Shown: positions 18,443 through 28,888 of the stretch, piece after piece
Numbering within the stretch: position 1 is the first letter of the stretch
Layout of the letters: each line of letters starts with the position of its first letter
Source: Candidatus Heimdallarchaeota archaeon
GTDB lineage: Archaea > Asgardarchaeota > Heimdallarchaeia > Heimdallarchaeales > Heimdallarchaeaceae
Assembly (NCBI GenBank): GCA_030603365.1
Contig: JAUVXV010000005.1
Span: 96,001 to 160,000, forward strand
Direction: 5' to 3'
Length of the DNA: 64,000 nucleotides
The notes under the pieces: model-generated
What the model saw: the letters and a program-made list of their open reading frames with translations, nothing else
What the model was told of the DNA's origin: nothing
Database searches by the model: none
Position numbers and translations under genes: made by a program

Positions 18443-18936
18443 TCATCCATTACCCCCTTTTCAACAAGAATACAAACAACCGTTTTATTTGCATTCATTT
18501 CTTCTAAAGCTCTATCAATTGTGTCTTGCCAACCTTCTTCATAGAGAATCTCATAGGGAACATTGTAAGCATTAAGAACATCTTCTGTAACATCTCCCAT
18601 AAGAAGATGTTCAGGAAAAGTAGCATCAGGCTCTAAACCTCTATAGCTAACAAAAAGAAGCAAAGGGATCTGATAAAGTTGAGCAAGTGAAGTGAGTACA
18701 TCACCAATAGTAGCTAATCCAGAATTTTGCATCAAGACAAAAGAATTTTGTCCTCCTAAATAATAACCACAAGAAATACCAACAGCTTCATCTTCACGAG
18801 TGGCAGGGATATAGTTTATTTTGTCACTTTTTTCAAGTTCAATCAAAAGTTGTTTGAAATATGAACATGGAACACCAGTAGCTAGATTAAGACCATGTTT
18901 ATGTAAGTAAGAAATAAGTTCAACTGAATCAATCAA
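18439..18936 (-). CDS. comD: Sulfopyruvate (or phosphonopyruvate) decarboxylase alpha subunit
   Basis: GVPCS, PATREDEAVGI, LMQNSG, SYRG. Confidence 0.65.
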   Translation of the reverse strand: MIDSVELISYLHKHGLNLATGVPCSYFKQLLIELEKSDKINYIPATREDEAVGISCGYYLGGQNSFVLMQNSGLATIGDVLTSLAQLYQIPLLLFVSYRGLEPDATFPEHLLMGDVTEDVLNAYNVPYEILYEEGWQDTIDRALEEMNANKTVVCILVEKGVMDE

Positions 18937-19015
18937 ATGAATCTACCTTAAGTAAGTGGAAAATTAATAATAGCTATAAATAATTTGCTTAAAGAAAAGA
19001 GGAAAAAATTGGCAG

Positions 19016-19579
19016 TTATCGAGTTTCTACAGTTAAACGTTCAAAGTATGCAGAGATATTCTCAACTAAAGCGACAAAGACTTGATCGACATTCAAACCA
19101 GTTTTAGCAGAAGTTTCCATATAAGGAACATAAAATCCTGACCATTCACTAAGTTGATCAGCATACTCTTGAGCATATTCAGTAGGAACAGCATTAGGTG
19201 TTGATTCTCGAAGATCAGCTTTGTTACCGATTAAAACAATAGGAACGATACGGTTCTTGTTATTACGAATTAATTCATGTAACCAATTGGGTAAGACTGA
19301 ATAAGTTTCTGGACGAGATATGTCAAAGACAAGCAACGCTCCAGCAGTACCTCTGTAGTAGACTTCTCTAACAGCTGAAAATCTCTGTTGTCCTGCAAGA
19401 TCCCAAATTTGGAGTGTATATTCAGTATTTTTGGAGACCGTTTTTTTAACAGCAAAATCAGCTCCAATTGTCATAGAATATCCTTCTTTGAAACTCTCTC
19501 CTAAATATATACGACGAAGGGAAGTCTTTCCGACTGCTCCTTCTCCTAAAAGGGAAACTTTGAAAATTCTTTGGCTCAC
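19016..19579 (-). CDS. Rab-like small GTPase
   Basis: GEGAVGKTS, TIGADF, WDLAGQ, YYRG, NKAD, ETSAK; no C-terminal Cys. Confidence 0.95.
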   Translation of the reverse strand: MSQRIFKVSLLGEGAVGKTSLRRIYLGESFKEGYSMTIGADFAVKKTVSKNTEYTLQIWDLAGQQRFSAVREVYYRGTAGALLVFDISRPETYSVLPNWLHELIRNNKNRIVPIVLIGNKADLRESTPNAVPTEYAQEYADQLSEWSGFYVPYMETSAKTGLNVDQVFVALVENISAYFERLTVETR

Positions 19580-19734
19580 TATAACACCATCTCTTCCTAT
19601 ATAATTTCACTCATTTTTGTTATTTAAACAATGTGATATAGGGAACGCTCACAGAACTTCTTGTTAAGTTTTTCTAATAAATACACTTGAAAGTTTTTGC
19701 CACAAAAAAGAAATAATAGTAAGTCATAAATGAC

Positions 19735-20199
19735 TTGATGGAATATACAATCCGTGAAATAGGTCATATTGAATCACCATTTGAACAAGGTGATGAAGTA
19801 CCTATCCAACCAAGTTTTTCAGAAGCTTTTGGTACTATTATAATAGACCCAGAATTCGTTGAAGGATTAACAGAAATAGAGGGTTTTTCTCATATCATTC
19901 TTTTATACATATTCGACCGAGCTACAACTGTAGACCTCAAAGTTGCACCTTATCTAGATGAAAAACCTAAAGGTATCTTTGCAATCCGCCACCCAAATAG
20001 ACCCAACAAGATAGGTTTATCCATAGTGCAGTTAGTTAAAGTAGATAAAAATAAACTTCTAGTTAAAGGGATAGATGTTCTTAATAATACTCCACTCATT
20101 GATATCAAACCTTTTGTACCTGAGTTTGACATCAAAGGGATAGATAATACAAAGATTGGTTGGTTAGCTAACAAACTTCGTAAACAAGAAGGTGAATGA
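19735..20199 (+). CDS. tsaA: tRNA m6t6A37 methyltransferase TrmO/TsaA
   Basis: GIFAIRHPNRPNKIGLS, GIDVLNNTPLIDIKPF. Confidence 0.9.
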   Translation: MMEYTIREIGHIESPFEQGDEVPIQPSFSEAFGTIIIDPEFVEGLTEIEGFSHIILLYIFDRATTVDLKVAPYLDEKPKGIFAIRHPNRPNKIGLSIVQLVKVDKNKLLVKGIDVLNNTPLIDIKPFVPEFDIKGIDNTKIGWLANKLRKQEGE

Positions 20200-21286
20200 T
20201 ATTTCAAAAGTAGACTGTGCAGTTGTTTTAGCCGGAGGAAAAGGAACTAGACTACTACCCTTGACGACAAACCTTCCTAAACCTTTAGTACCCGTGACGC
20301 TTACTCCAATGATCGACTTTGCAATTAAACAGCTGACAGATGCTAGAATATCAAAAATTATAGTTGCAGTAAAATACCTTGGAGAACAAATTAAAGATTA
20401 TCTTCTTACATCACCTAAATTTGAATCTTTAGATATTTCAATACCTGATATCGATCCTAGTGGAACAGCTGATGCAGTTAGAAAAGTTGCTGATCAAATT
20501 GATGGTGATTTTGTTGTTTCAATGGCAGATATTGTTTGTGATTTATCAGTTAATAAAATGCAGAAATTCTTTTACAAAACAGATGCATATGCCACGATTA
20601 GTCTAAAAAATATTGACTTCCCAACCAAAAAATTCGGGGTCATCTTATTAGATAAAAATCAGAATATAGATATTTTTTTAGAGAAACCAAAACCTGAAGA
20701 GATGCTTTTCACAACCCTAGCTTTTGCTTACCGTCCTGTTGCTGAATTTCATCAAAACTTAGTTAATACAGGAATTTACTTTTTTAAGAATAGAGCATTA
20801 GAAATCCTCGATAGCTTTAATGACATTAACGATTTTGGAACAGATTTCTTCCCCTATTTATTACAAGAGAAGTTTAAGCTCAACGGTTTTGTTGATGATT
20901 ACTATTGGCTAGACTGTGGAAATGTGAAAAGCTATCTTTGGGCAAATTACGATATTATGCGTGGTTTTGTTACCAATTTTACTCCACCTGGAAAATCTGA
21001 GAAAGGAATAATAGTTGGAGATAATTGTACCTTATCTGATACGGTTAAGATTATCCCTCCAGTTGTTCTGGGAAACAATGTTTTAATTCAAGAAAATGCA
21101 ACTATAGGTCCTTTTACTGTTATTCATGATAATGTAAAGATTGCCAGTAATTCTAAGATAGACCACAGTGTAATATGGCAAAATTCCGTAGTTGAAGAAG
21201 ATGTCTTGGTGGAAAAATCTGTGGTTTGTAATAATGTGAAAATTGGGAAAAGCAGAAGAATAATAAACTACTCAGCAATAAGCTAA
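20192..21286 (+). CDS. Sugar-1-phosphate nucleotidyltransferase with hexapeptide repeats (ManC/GlgC-like)
   Basis: LAGGKGTRLLPLT...PKPL, GTADAVR, FLEKP, DFGTD, YWLDCG, left-handed beta-helix tail. Confidence 0.9.
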   Translation: MNDISKVDCAVVLAGGKGTRLLPLTTNLPKPLVPVTLTPMIDFAIKQLTDARISKIIVAVKYLGEQIKDYLLTSPKFESLDISIPDIDPSGTADAVRKVADQIDGDFVVSMADIVCDLSVNKMQKFFYKTDAYATISLKNIDFPTKKFGVILLDKNQNIDIFLEKPKPEEMLFTTLAFAYRPVAEFHQNLVNTGIYFFKNRALEILDSFNDINDFGTDFFPYLLQEKFKLNGFVDDYYWLDCGNVKSYLWANYDIMRGFVTNFTPPGKSEKGIIVGDNCTLSDTVKIIPPVVLGNNVLIQENATIGPFTVIHDNVKIASNSKIDHSVIWQNSVVEEDVLVEKSVVCNNVKIGKSRRIINYSAIS

Positions 21287-21297
21287 TTTAGTGAGAT

Positions 21298-21948
21298 ATG
21301 TTGAATATAAAGAAAATGAAATCAGTTCGTCGTTTATCAATTGTTTTACTAACTATCTATCTTCTTAATCTTACCATGATCCCTCTGCAAGCTCAGAATA
21401 CAAGTGTACTTTTTAAAGATATGAACATGATACTTGATGATGTAAGTTTCTACAGTGGAGTAAGGATTGTAGTATTTTTCTCACCTTCATGTTATGCTTG
21501 TAAAGAAGAAGTTCCAACCTTAAAAAAAATAGAAGAAAATTACAATGTTAGTATATTCATGCTTGATGTTCATCAACCTCTTACAAATGAGACATTAGTT
21601 GATTTTATTGATGAAATGGATATACCAGAAGAATGGACGCTTGGATTTGTTACTGATGCTTCCTATTATGGTTTCAACATTTCATATTTTCCGGTTACTA
21701 TTGTTCTTGATGATGAAGGTAGAATTGCCGCAGATATCTTAGGAGCTGCAAGTTATCTTTTTCTAGAAGATAGTGTAGTAAACGCAATAGAACACAACAC
21801 AGATGAATATTTTACAGATAGGATAGAAGATCCAGGAAGTAAGCTTGATGTGATTTTCATTGTTGTTGGTGTTATAGTAGCAGCTGTCGTCTTGTACTTC
21901 TTGATTAAATCTATACCACCCAAGAAGAAGAAAGAAGAAGTGGATTAG
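21298..21948 (+). CDS. Extracytoplasmic TlpA-like thioredoxin, C-terminal TM
   Basis: FFSPSCYAC, FPVT cis-Pro loop. Confidence 0.8.
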   Translation: MLNIKKMKSVRRLSIVLLTIYLLNLTMIPLQAQNTSVLFKDMNMILDDVSFYSGVRIVVFFSPSCYACKEEVPTLKKIEENYNVSIFMLDVHQPLTNETLVDFIDEMDIPEEWTLGFVTDASYYGFNISYFPVTIVLDDEGRIAADILGAASYLFLEDSVVNAIEHNTDEYFTDRIEDPGSKLDVIFIVVGVIVAAVVLYFLIKSIPPKKKKEEVD

Positions 21949-22877
21949 GTTATCTTTGATCCACAACTCACACAAGTTTTAGCGTTGTCATAAACTATTA
22001 ATCCACAGATGGGACAAAAAACTGAAAAATCTTGCTTAATAGGAACTTCTATAATTTTATTCCCAGTTTCTATGTATCGGATTCCCTTAACTTGTGGTAA
22101 GACATTATTTCTTGGTTCTTTCTCATGATTCATAAGAAGATGACCAATTTTGATTTTTCTACTATCTTTCCAGATGAAAATGAAGAAACCTACAGCTATT
22201 ACTGCAGAAATATAGGTCATGACTAGCTCTGAATATATAAAGAACATACTTGCCCAACCTCCAGTTAATTGCAATAATATTAAGAAAATAAATGGTAATA
22301 AATATCGTACTACTGGATTTATTGCAAATAAGGTGTAGAAAATACTTCCTCCTGTCTTAACTCCCTTGTATCTCCCTATTATAGTTATTAGATTTTTTAC
22401 TAGAATAAATCCAAAAATATGCAACATAATCATCAACATAAAAGGAACGGTCAAATCACCTTGGCTACTATAATTTAGTAGTAGTTCTCTTAGCATTGTA
22501 AGAATCTCATAAAGAGCTACAAAAACACCTGCTAAAATAACAGAAAAGAACGCGTAATTAGTCTTCTTCTTGTTTTCAACACCTATATTGTTTCTTCTCC
22601 AGCTCATAACCTGTAATCCCATTAGAACAAACATAAGTATAAGATAACTCGAATCAACGATTCTCCAAGTTATCCACATTTGCTCTGGAGAATCTTCTAG
22701 AGCAATGAATAAAATTCTATTAACCATTTCAGCGATATAATAGAGCATCATCCCGAAACCTGCGAACTTTAACCAGAAAAAAGAGAAACTTTCATTTCCA
22801 TAATTATTCGCAATTTGAATCTTTTTACTCAATTTATCTTCTCCATAATTGCTTACAGATTGACTATTGTTGGTCAT
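21945..22877 (-). CDS. Multi-pass membrane protein with C-terminal zinc ribbon
   Basis: ~6 TM + CPIC...CVSC. Confidence 0.75.
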   Translation of the reverse strand: MTNNSQSVSNYGEDKLSKKIQIANNYGNESFSFFWLKFAGFGMMLYYIAEMVNRILFIALEDSPEQMWITWRIVDSSYLILMFVLMGLQVMSWRRNNIGVENKKKTNYAFFSVILAGVFVALYEILTMLRELLLNYSSQGDLTVPFMLMIMLHIFGFILVKNLITIIGRYKGVKTGGSIFYTLFAINPVVRYLLPFIFLILLQLTGGWASMFFIYSELVMTYISAVIAVGFFIFIWKDSRKIKIGHLLMNHEKEPRNNVLPQVKGIRYIETGNKIIEVPIKQDFSVFCPICGLIVYDNAKTCVSCGSKIT

Positions 22878-22966
22878 TATTTTTCGGTTTGAACTGCTTC
22901 TGAAGTACTTATAAACTTGTTTTTCAAGTTGTGATATTCAGAAATAATAAGATGATGAAGAATTAT

Positions 22967-24433
22967 CTATTTTTCGTTGTTATCTTCTTTTAGTTCTTTT
23001 ATTGATTTCTTGTCAGTAGCTTTTGGTTGACTACCTGGCAATTCCTTAGGAACAGGAATAGTTTCAACATCTGTTGGCTCTCCAATATACCCTCTAACAT
23101 CCTTAACAATCGAATCTGTTTTGATTTCAATTGGTTGAATGTCCTTATCGATACTAGTATCAGTAACGATAGGATCAATTTTTTGTTTAATTTCTGTAAC
23201 AGTTTCAATTGGGTCAACATCAGGTTTCATATCTGGTTTTGTTACAATAGGATCAATATCTGCTTTAATTGATGAAGCGATATTTATATTATGAACTTCA
23301 ACATCCACACCTTTTGAATCTTCACTAATCGATTCTACTTCACCTCTTAATCTAATTCCTTCTTCATGTTGTAGTTCTATACCTTTTGCAATCTTTTGCT
23401 TTAACTCTACTTTATCATCAATAACTTCTACATCAGGTTGAGAAACAATTCGAGTAAATTTGATTTTTGTAGTGATTCCAATAATATCACTTACTAGAGG
23501 AATGAGTCTCTGGAAGAGTTTATTAGCTCCTTCTTTCCAAAAGATATATTTTTTTTCAGAATCATAAGAATAATTCATATCAGTGATTGAGAATCTCTTA
23601 AGAGTAATGTTGTTTGTATTTTGTGCCAGTTCTAGAGTTCCCTTCCTATCGTGATCTGTTAATTGTAATTCCTTGATTAACTTGACTTTAGAAGCATCCA
23701 TGTTTGATAGAAAACTTAACAGAGATATGACCATGAGTAGAATACTTAAAGGTAGAATATAATCCCCTAATGTTGAAGTATATGGGAGTTTCAAGCCTAA
23801 AAGAATTCCTCCAGCAACAAATCCAAATATTTTCAAAATCAATAGAATATTTCTTTCTTTACTATATTTATATGGACCAAAAAGTGAGAAATAAATCCAA
23901 TAGTTGAGAGATTCAGGATTAATATATGCTCTTGACTGCATGCCAAGAAAATTGCTTCTTTCAATTTGCTTCTGATCTTCTATCTCTCTTATTTGTGAGA
24001 ATTCAATATGGGCAGAAGCATAATCTTCTCTCTTTTGTTTGATTAAAAGTTTAAAGTAATTCTTTCCTTGTTTTATAGAACTTACAAAAGAAATATCTCT
24101 GAACCATACTTCTCGAGGACCTATCGTTATAGTCTCCAATTTGGTAGATTTACTCTTTTTAGATAGATCGCTGAACCATCCTACAACTGAATAATGAACT
24201 GAAATAGTAATAGGTTGTCCTGTATCGTTTGTGATAAAAACTCTAACAATCCCTCTCGCTTTTTCAGGTACTTGATCGATAATGGGAAGGAGTACATACG
24301 AAATTTCTTTGATTGTCTCCATTTCGATGTTTTCTCGGAGTTCCTCATCTACATCTTGGTAATGAGTAAATTTGGAAACGAATTTTGTAGCAAAAATAGG
24401 ATTTTCTACAATTTCATTACTCATATCTCTCAA
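22967..24433 (-). CDS. Hypothetical membrane protein with repetitive C-terminal tail
   Basis: 2 TM; DIDPIVT/DVDPIET/KIDPIVT/DIQPIEI repeats. Confidence 0.65.
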   Translation of the reverse strand: MRDMSNEIVENPIFATKFVSKFTHYQDVDEELRENIEMETIKEISYVLLPIIDQVPEKARGIVRVFITNDTGQPITISVHYSVVGWFSDLSKKSKSTKLETITIGPREVWFRDISFVSSIKQGKNYFKLLIKQKREDYASAHIEFSQIREIEDQKQIERSNFLGMQSRAYINPESLNYWIYFSLFGPYKYSKERNILLILKIFGFVAGGILLGLKLPYTSTLGDYILPLSILLMVISLLSFLSNMDASKVKLIKELQLTDHDRKGTLELAQNTNNITLKRFSITDMNYSYDSEKKYIFWKEGANKLFQRLIPLVSDIIGITTKIKFTRIVSQPDVEVIDDKVELKQKIAKGIELQHEEGIRLRGEVESISEDSKGVDVEVHNINIASSIKADIDPIVTKPDMKPDVDPIETVTEIKQKIDPIVTDTSIDKDIQPIEIKTDSIVKDVRGYIGEPTDVETIPVPKELPGSQPKATDKKSIKELKEDNNEK

Positions 24434-24609
24434 TTAAGCATTTGTCTTTAACTTAATAATATTTTCCTTAATTTCTTCCAATAAACCTAAGATAAGATTT
24501 TAAGAAATCCATTACCTTTCACTGTGACTTGTTCTGGAAAATAGACATTACTAGTACTGTAAAAATCTTTAATAGATAATTTTGTTTATACAGTATACAG
24601 TGAAACATT

Positions 24610-26643
24610 TTGAGACCAGATGAGTTTGATCTTCCTAATGAATTCTCTCGATATGAGAAGTTTATACAAGAAGATTTCGAAAATTTCCATCCGGTTTTCT
24701 TAAAATATCAAGACATGGGTTTCAGTTTTTTTCAATCAATTGTTTATGCTTCGGATGATTTAGCTAATACAATAAGTGTTCCTGAGATTTCAAAAATAAA
24801 TTACACACAATTGACAATGATAGGATACTTCTTGCTTTCTCAATACAAAAAAGTATTAACTTTTCCAATACCTGAAGATAACTTTGAAGCAATGTTCTTT
24901 AGATTTAAATCAGCACAATATGTTGGAGAAAAAGATATTGTTTCAGCGTTGCTCGCAAATACAATTGCTTTACTAGTAGAGCTCAAGAAAAATGAACCAC
25001 AGCTTCACAAAAATTTCTCAATCATCTTGTCTATCGAAATTGCTTCAATGAATTCTGATGTTCTATCCATTCAAAAGTACTCTAAAGAATTCAAATCTAT
25101 GATACTAAATACGGTTTTGATAAAAGAATATCCTCTGCTAGCTTTGCAAGTAGTTAGCGATTTAGCATATCGAGAATTTCGAACTGGAGATGAAGCATAT
25201 TCAGGCTGGCTAGAAATCTACAAAGAGCTTGCCGAAGCATTGAATATGGACACTAAAAGACTGGATTGCTATACAATGCTTGGAGGATTGTACAGATTCA
25301 AAGGTTATCTTGAAGAAGCTTCTGAATATTATAGCAAAGCTATTGTTATGGCAGAAAATATCGGTAACAAAGAATTCATTGCATCGCTAATCGCTAATAT
25401 GGCTGATTTAGAACAAACAAGAGGGAATTTAGAAAAAGCATTTCTTCTTTGTCATGAAGCTCTGAAAGATCCAGAGATATCTAAGTCAAAACCATCTATT
25501 TACATAAACTTGTCAGAAGTTCTGATTAAACAAGAAAAATATACTGAAGCATTAAATTATCTAGAAAAAGCTCTCCAATTGACCAGTCAAAAATCTCCAA
25601 TTGTAAATTTGCTATATGGTTTCGCTCTAACTAAAATACCAGGAAAGAATAACTTCAATGAAGGAATAAAGTATCTGCAAAAAGGACGATTCTTAAGTGA
25701 ACAATCAAAGAATCAAAGATGGCTAACAACTTGCCATTATTACCAAGGCAGAGTGTATCTTGATACTTATGATTTATCAGCAGCAATTGAATCATTCGAA
25801 AAATGTTATAAGCTAGCAATTCTGAGTGAATTTCAATATATTGTTCTTTCTCAACTATATCTCGCAGAAGCCTATCTTCACAGATATAAGATATCTCAAT
25901 CTGAAACTGATCTATCGGAATCAGAGAGATATTTAGCTAATGTTATCTCGATATGCCAAGAACAAGAATTACCAATTTTAGCTGAAGTACTTTACATCAG
26001 CGGACAACTGTTAGTTGCTCTTAATGAATTGGTAGATGCAGAATTTGTTTTCATGCAAGCAAAGGAATTAGCTGAAGAAAATAATAATCATCAACTGGTA
26101 AACAGATGCTCTTCAAGTGTTGAAAAAATACAAACAAATCAAATAGAAAAGCCAATGGTTATTATAAATGAGATAACAGACATAATCAATGATCTAGCTA
26201 AAAATTCCTATATTAAGAAAACTAAAAAAATGCCTCAAATTTATTTTCTGAACATCTTTACTCATGAAGGAAAATATGTCTACTCTTACTATTTCAACAG
26301 ATTATTTACAATTAATGATGTGTTGATTTCTGGATTAATTTCTGCAATAAGAACCATGTCCTCTGAAGTGTTTGGAAGCGGTTTAAGGGGTATCGATTTT
26401 GAAGGAAAAAGACTTCTAGTTGAAAGTTTTGGAAAATTCTGTGGAATATTAGCTTGTGACAGAGACAGTTTTAATGCACGAACTAAATTGTATAACTTTG
26501 TCCAAAGATTTAATCAGAAGTTTGAAAATTCTTACGAGAACATCAATGAAGCTGAAATACTAGCTAAGATTCAGAAAGAAGCAGATTTTATGATTGATAT
26601 TATTTTTGAAAAACCCGAGAAATCAATTATTCCACCTCAATAA
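24610..26643 (+). CDS. TPR protein with C-terminal longin-like domain
   Basis: TPR-like helices; C-terminal LNIFTHEGKYVYS...LISGLISAI...SEVFGSGLRGIDF...FVQRFNQKF. Confidence 0.8.
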   Translation: MRPDEFDLPNEFSRYEKFIQEDFENFHPVFLKYQDMGFSFFQSIVYASDDLANTISVPEISKINYTQLTMIGYFLLSQYKKVLTFPIPEDNFEAMFFRFKSAQYVGEKDIVSALLANTIALLVELKKNEPQLHKNFSIILSIEIASMNSDVLSIQKYSKEFKSMILNTVLIKEYPLLALQVVSDLAYREFRTGDEAYSGWLEIYKELAEALNMDTKRLDCYTMLGGLYRFKGYLEEASEYYSKAIVMAENIGNKEFIASLIANMADLEQTRGNLEKAFLLCHEALKDPEISKSKPSIYINLSEVLIKQEKYTEALNYLEKALQLTSQKSPIVNLLYGFALTKIPGKNNFNEGIKYLQKGRFLSEQSKNQRWLTTCHYYQGRVYLDTYDLSAAIESFEKCYKLAILSEFQYIVLSQLYLAEAYLHRYKISQSETDLSESERYLANVISICQEQELPILAEVLYISGQLLVALNELVDAEFVFMQAKELAEENNNHQLVNRCSSSVEKIQTNQIEKPMVIINEITDIINDLAKNSYIKKTKKMPQIYFLNIFTHEGKYVYSYYFNRLFTINDVLISGLISAIRTMSSEVFGSGLRGIDFEGKRLLVESFGKFCGILACDRDSFNARTKLYNFVQRFNQKFENSYENINEAEILAKIQKEADFMIDIIFEKPEKSIIPPQ

Positions 26644-26697
26644 TTTCTATTCATAGAGAAAACGTTTTTTATTTGGCTATTCAAAATCATTATACTG

Positions 26698-27888
26698 ATG
26701 ACTGTATTTGATTATACGAACGTCTCATCATCAGCATTTCAATTAAGATGTACTGCCTGTGGTGATGTTCATAACATTCAAGCAAAACACAGAACTTGTT
26801 CCTGTGGAAAAGTTTTGTTTGTAGATTACGATCTTGAGAAAGCCAAAGAAACTTTAGATTTAGGTTCTATTCAATCTAGACATAGATACAATATATGGCG
26901 AATGGCTGAAATTATGCCAGTTTTTGAAGAGAAACATCGATACAGCTTAGGAGAAGGATGGACACCCATTGTTAATCTGAAAAATATTGGTGATAAATTA
27001 GATCTACAACATCTTTACATTAAAGATGAAAGTTTCAATCCAACAGGTTCTTTCAAGAGTAGAGGTTTATGTGCAGCAGTTTCAAGAGCAGTTGAATTGG
27101 GGATAAACGAATTTGTTATCCCTACAGCTGGAAATGCAGGAGCAGCTTTAGCTGCATATGCTGCTAAAACAAATTCTAATGCTCATATCTACATGCCAGA
27201 AGATACCCCTCCTTTCATTGTCACAGAAATTAAAGCTCTTGGTGCAGATGCTCATCTGGTTAAAGGATTGATTACAGATGCTGGAAGAATAGCTAAAGAG
27301 CAAGGTGCAGCTAATAATTGGTTTGATGTTTCTACACTCAAAGAACCCTATAGAGCAGAAGGCAAAAAAACAATGGGTTTAGAGTTAGCTGAGCAGTTCA
27401 ATTGGATTCTTCCTGATGCAATTATTTATCCAACAGGAGGAGGAACTGGAATAATAGGAATGTGGAAAGCTTTCGATGAATTAGAAGAACTAGGATTAAT
27501 TGATGGTAAAAGACCAAAGATGATCTCTATCCAATCTAGTACCTGTGCTCCTATAGTGAGAGCATTTAAAGAAGGAAAAGATTATGCTGAATTCTGGGAA
27601 AATGCTGAGACAATAGCTGCTGGATTAAGAGTACCTTCTGCAATTGCCGATTATTTAATTCTAAATACTATCAGAGAATCGAAAGGAACTGCTCTAGCTG
27701 TAGATGATTTAACAATTAAAATAGCTATGACTCAGTTGGCAAAAGAAGAAGGTATAATGTTGTCAGCAGAAGGTGCTGCAACTATAGCTGCTTTAGAGCT
27801 TTTGCTAAGTAACGGTGATATACAAACAGATGAGAAAATAGTTGCTTTTGGAACAGGTTCTGGTTTGACTACTCCAGAAGCATGGTGA
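26698..27888 (+). CDS. thrC: Threonine synthase family PLP enzyme
   Basis: SLGEGWTP, KDESFNPTGSFKSRG, TAGNAG, YPTGGGTG. Confidence 0.8.
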   Translation: MTVFDYTNVSSSAFQLRCTACGDVHNIQAKHRTCSCGKVLFVDYDLEKAKETLDLGSIQSRHRYNIWRMAEIMPVFEEKHRYSLGEGWTPIVNLKNIGDKLDLQHLYIKDESFNPTGSFKSRGLCAAVSRAVELGINEFVIPTAGNAGAALAAYAAKTNSNAHIYMPEDTPPFIVTEIKALGADAHLVKGLITDAGRIAKEQGAANNWFDVSTLKEPYRAEGKKTMGLELAEQFNWILPDAIIYPTGGGTGIIGMWKAFDELEELGLIDGKRPKMISIQSSTCAPIVRAFKEGKDYAEFWENAETIAAGLRVPSAIADYLILNTIRESKGTALAVDDLTIKIAMTQLAKEEGIMLSAEGAATIAALELLLSNGDIQTDEKIVAFGTGSGLTTPEAW

Positions 27889-27893
27889 AAAGA

Positions 27894-28841
27894 TTAAATC
27901 TTTGGAATGATTTCTTCAGCCATTACTTTCATTTGCTCAATTTCCTTGTTCATTGGGAACATAAAGATGAATTGTTCGACTCCAAGTTTTTTATAAACCT
28001 TTAACCATTCTCTGATTTCTTCAATAGTTCCATGCATAGAACCTTCATATCGTTTTTCTATTTCCTCTTGGGAGAATCCACGTTTTTCAGCTACTTCTTT
28101 CCATACAGCTTTTTTCTCTTCTTCTGATTCATAGATTCTAGTCCAGACTCCATAAGATCTACGCAAAACATCTGGTTTTCTATTGTATTTCTCACAGAGT
28201 ACATCTAGTTGATTCATTTTATCTTCAAAATTTTCAGGAGTATAAGCCCAAGCTAAATTAATTCCATCAGCATGTTCAGCTGCTAGATTGAGCATTTTTG
28301 GTCTTCCATACATTGTTCCAACCCAAATATCAGGATGTGGTTGTTGAAAGGGTTTTGGAAAAGAAACAGCATTATTCAGCTGATAATACTCGCCTTTGAA
28401 ATCTGCTCGCTCTTGAGTCCAAAGATTGCGAATTACTTTAATTCCTTCTATCATTTGTTTTAGTCTGATTCCAGTTGAAAGAAACTCTAAACCATATTGA
28501 TCATACTCAACTTCTTTCCACCCTCCACCATAGCCAAATTCTATTCTTCCTTTAGAGAAATGATCAAGTGAAGCCACTTGTTTAGCCAGAACTGAGGGAT
28601 GCCTATAATTATTACAAAATACAAGAGAACCAATACGAAGTTTTTCAGTATAGGAAACAGCTGCCATCATAGCTGTAAAACATTCGTAAGCTAAAGTATC
28701 AGTAGCATCAGCTGTCATCATAAAATGGTCAGAAAACCAAGCATGAGTGAATTTGTTATTCTCAGCGAATTGAACCATATCTTTTATTTGTTCGAAATTA
28801 AAACCAAATTGTGGTTCGACCTGTAAACCATAGAATGTCAT
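27894..28841 (-). CDS. LLM-class flavin/F420-dependent oxidoreductase
   Basis: WFSDHF, YRHPSVLAK, LDHFSKGRIEFGYGGGW, PKPFQQPHP. Confidence 0.9.
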   Translation of the reverse strand: MTFYGLQVEPQFGFNFEQIKDMVQFAENNKFTHAWFSDHFMMTADATDTLAYECFTAMMAAVSYTEKLRIGSLVFCNNYRHPSVLAKQVASLDHFSKGRIEFGYGGGWKEVEYDQYGLEFLSTGIRLKQMIEGIKVIRNLWTQERADFKGEYYQLNNAVSFPKPFQQPHPDIWVGTMYGRPKMLNLAAEHADGINLAWAYTPENFEDKMNQLDVLCEKYNRKPDVLRRSYGVWTRIYESEEEKKAVWKEVAEKRGFSQEEIEKRYEGSMHGTIEEIREWLKVYKKLGVEQFIFMFPMNKEIEQMKVMAEEIIPKI

Positions 28842-28888
28842 GAATAGATAGAAAAAAGGAGATTAATAAATGGTTAGGTTCAAAGAAA

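Noticed and set aside
26698-27888. Call as cysteate synthase
   Set aside because: Motifs fit ordinary ThrC-family enzymes and cannot be distinguished without phylogeny
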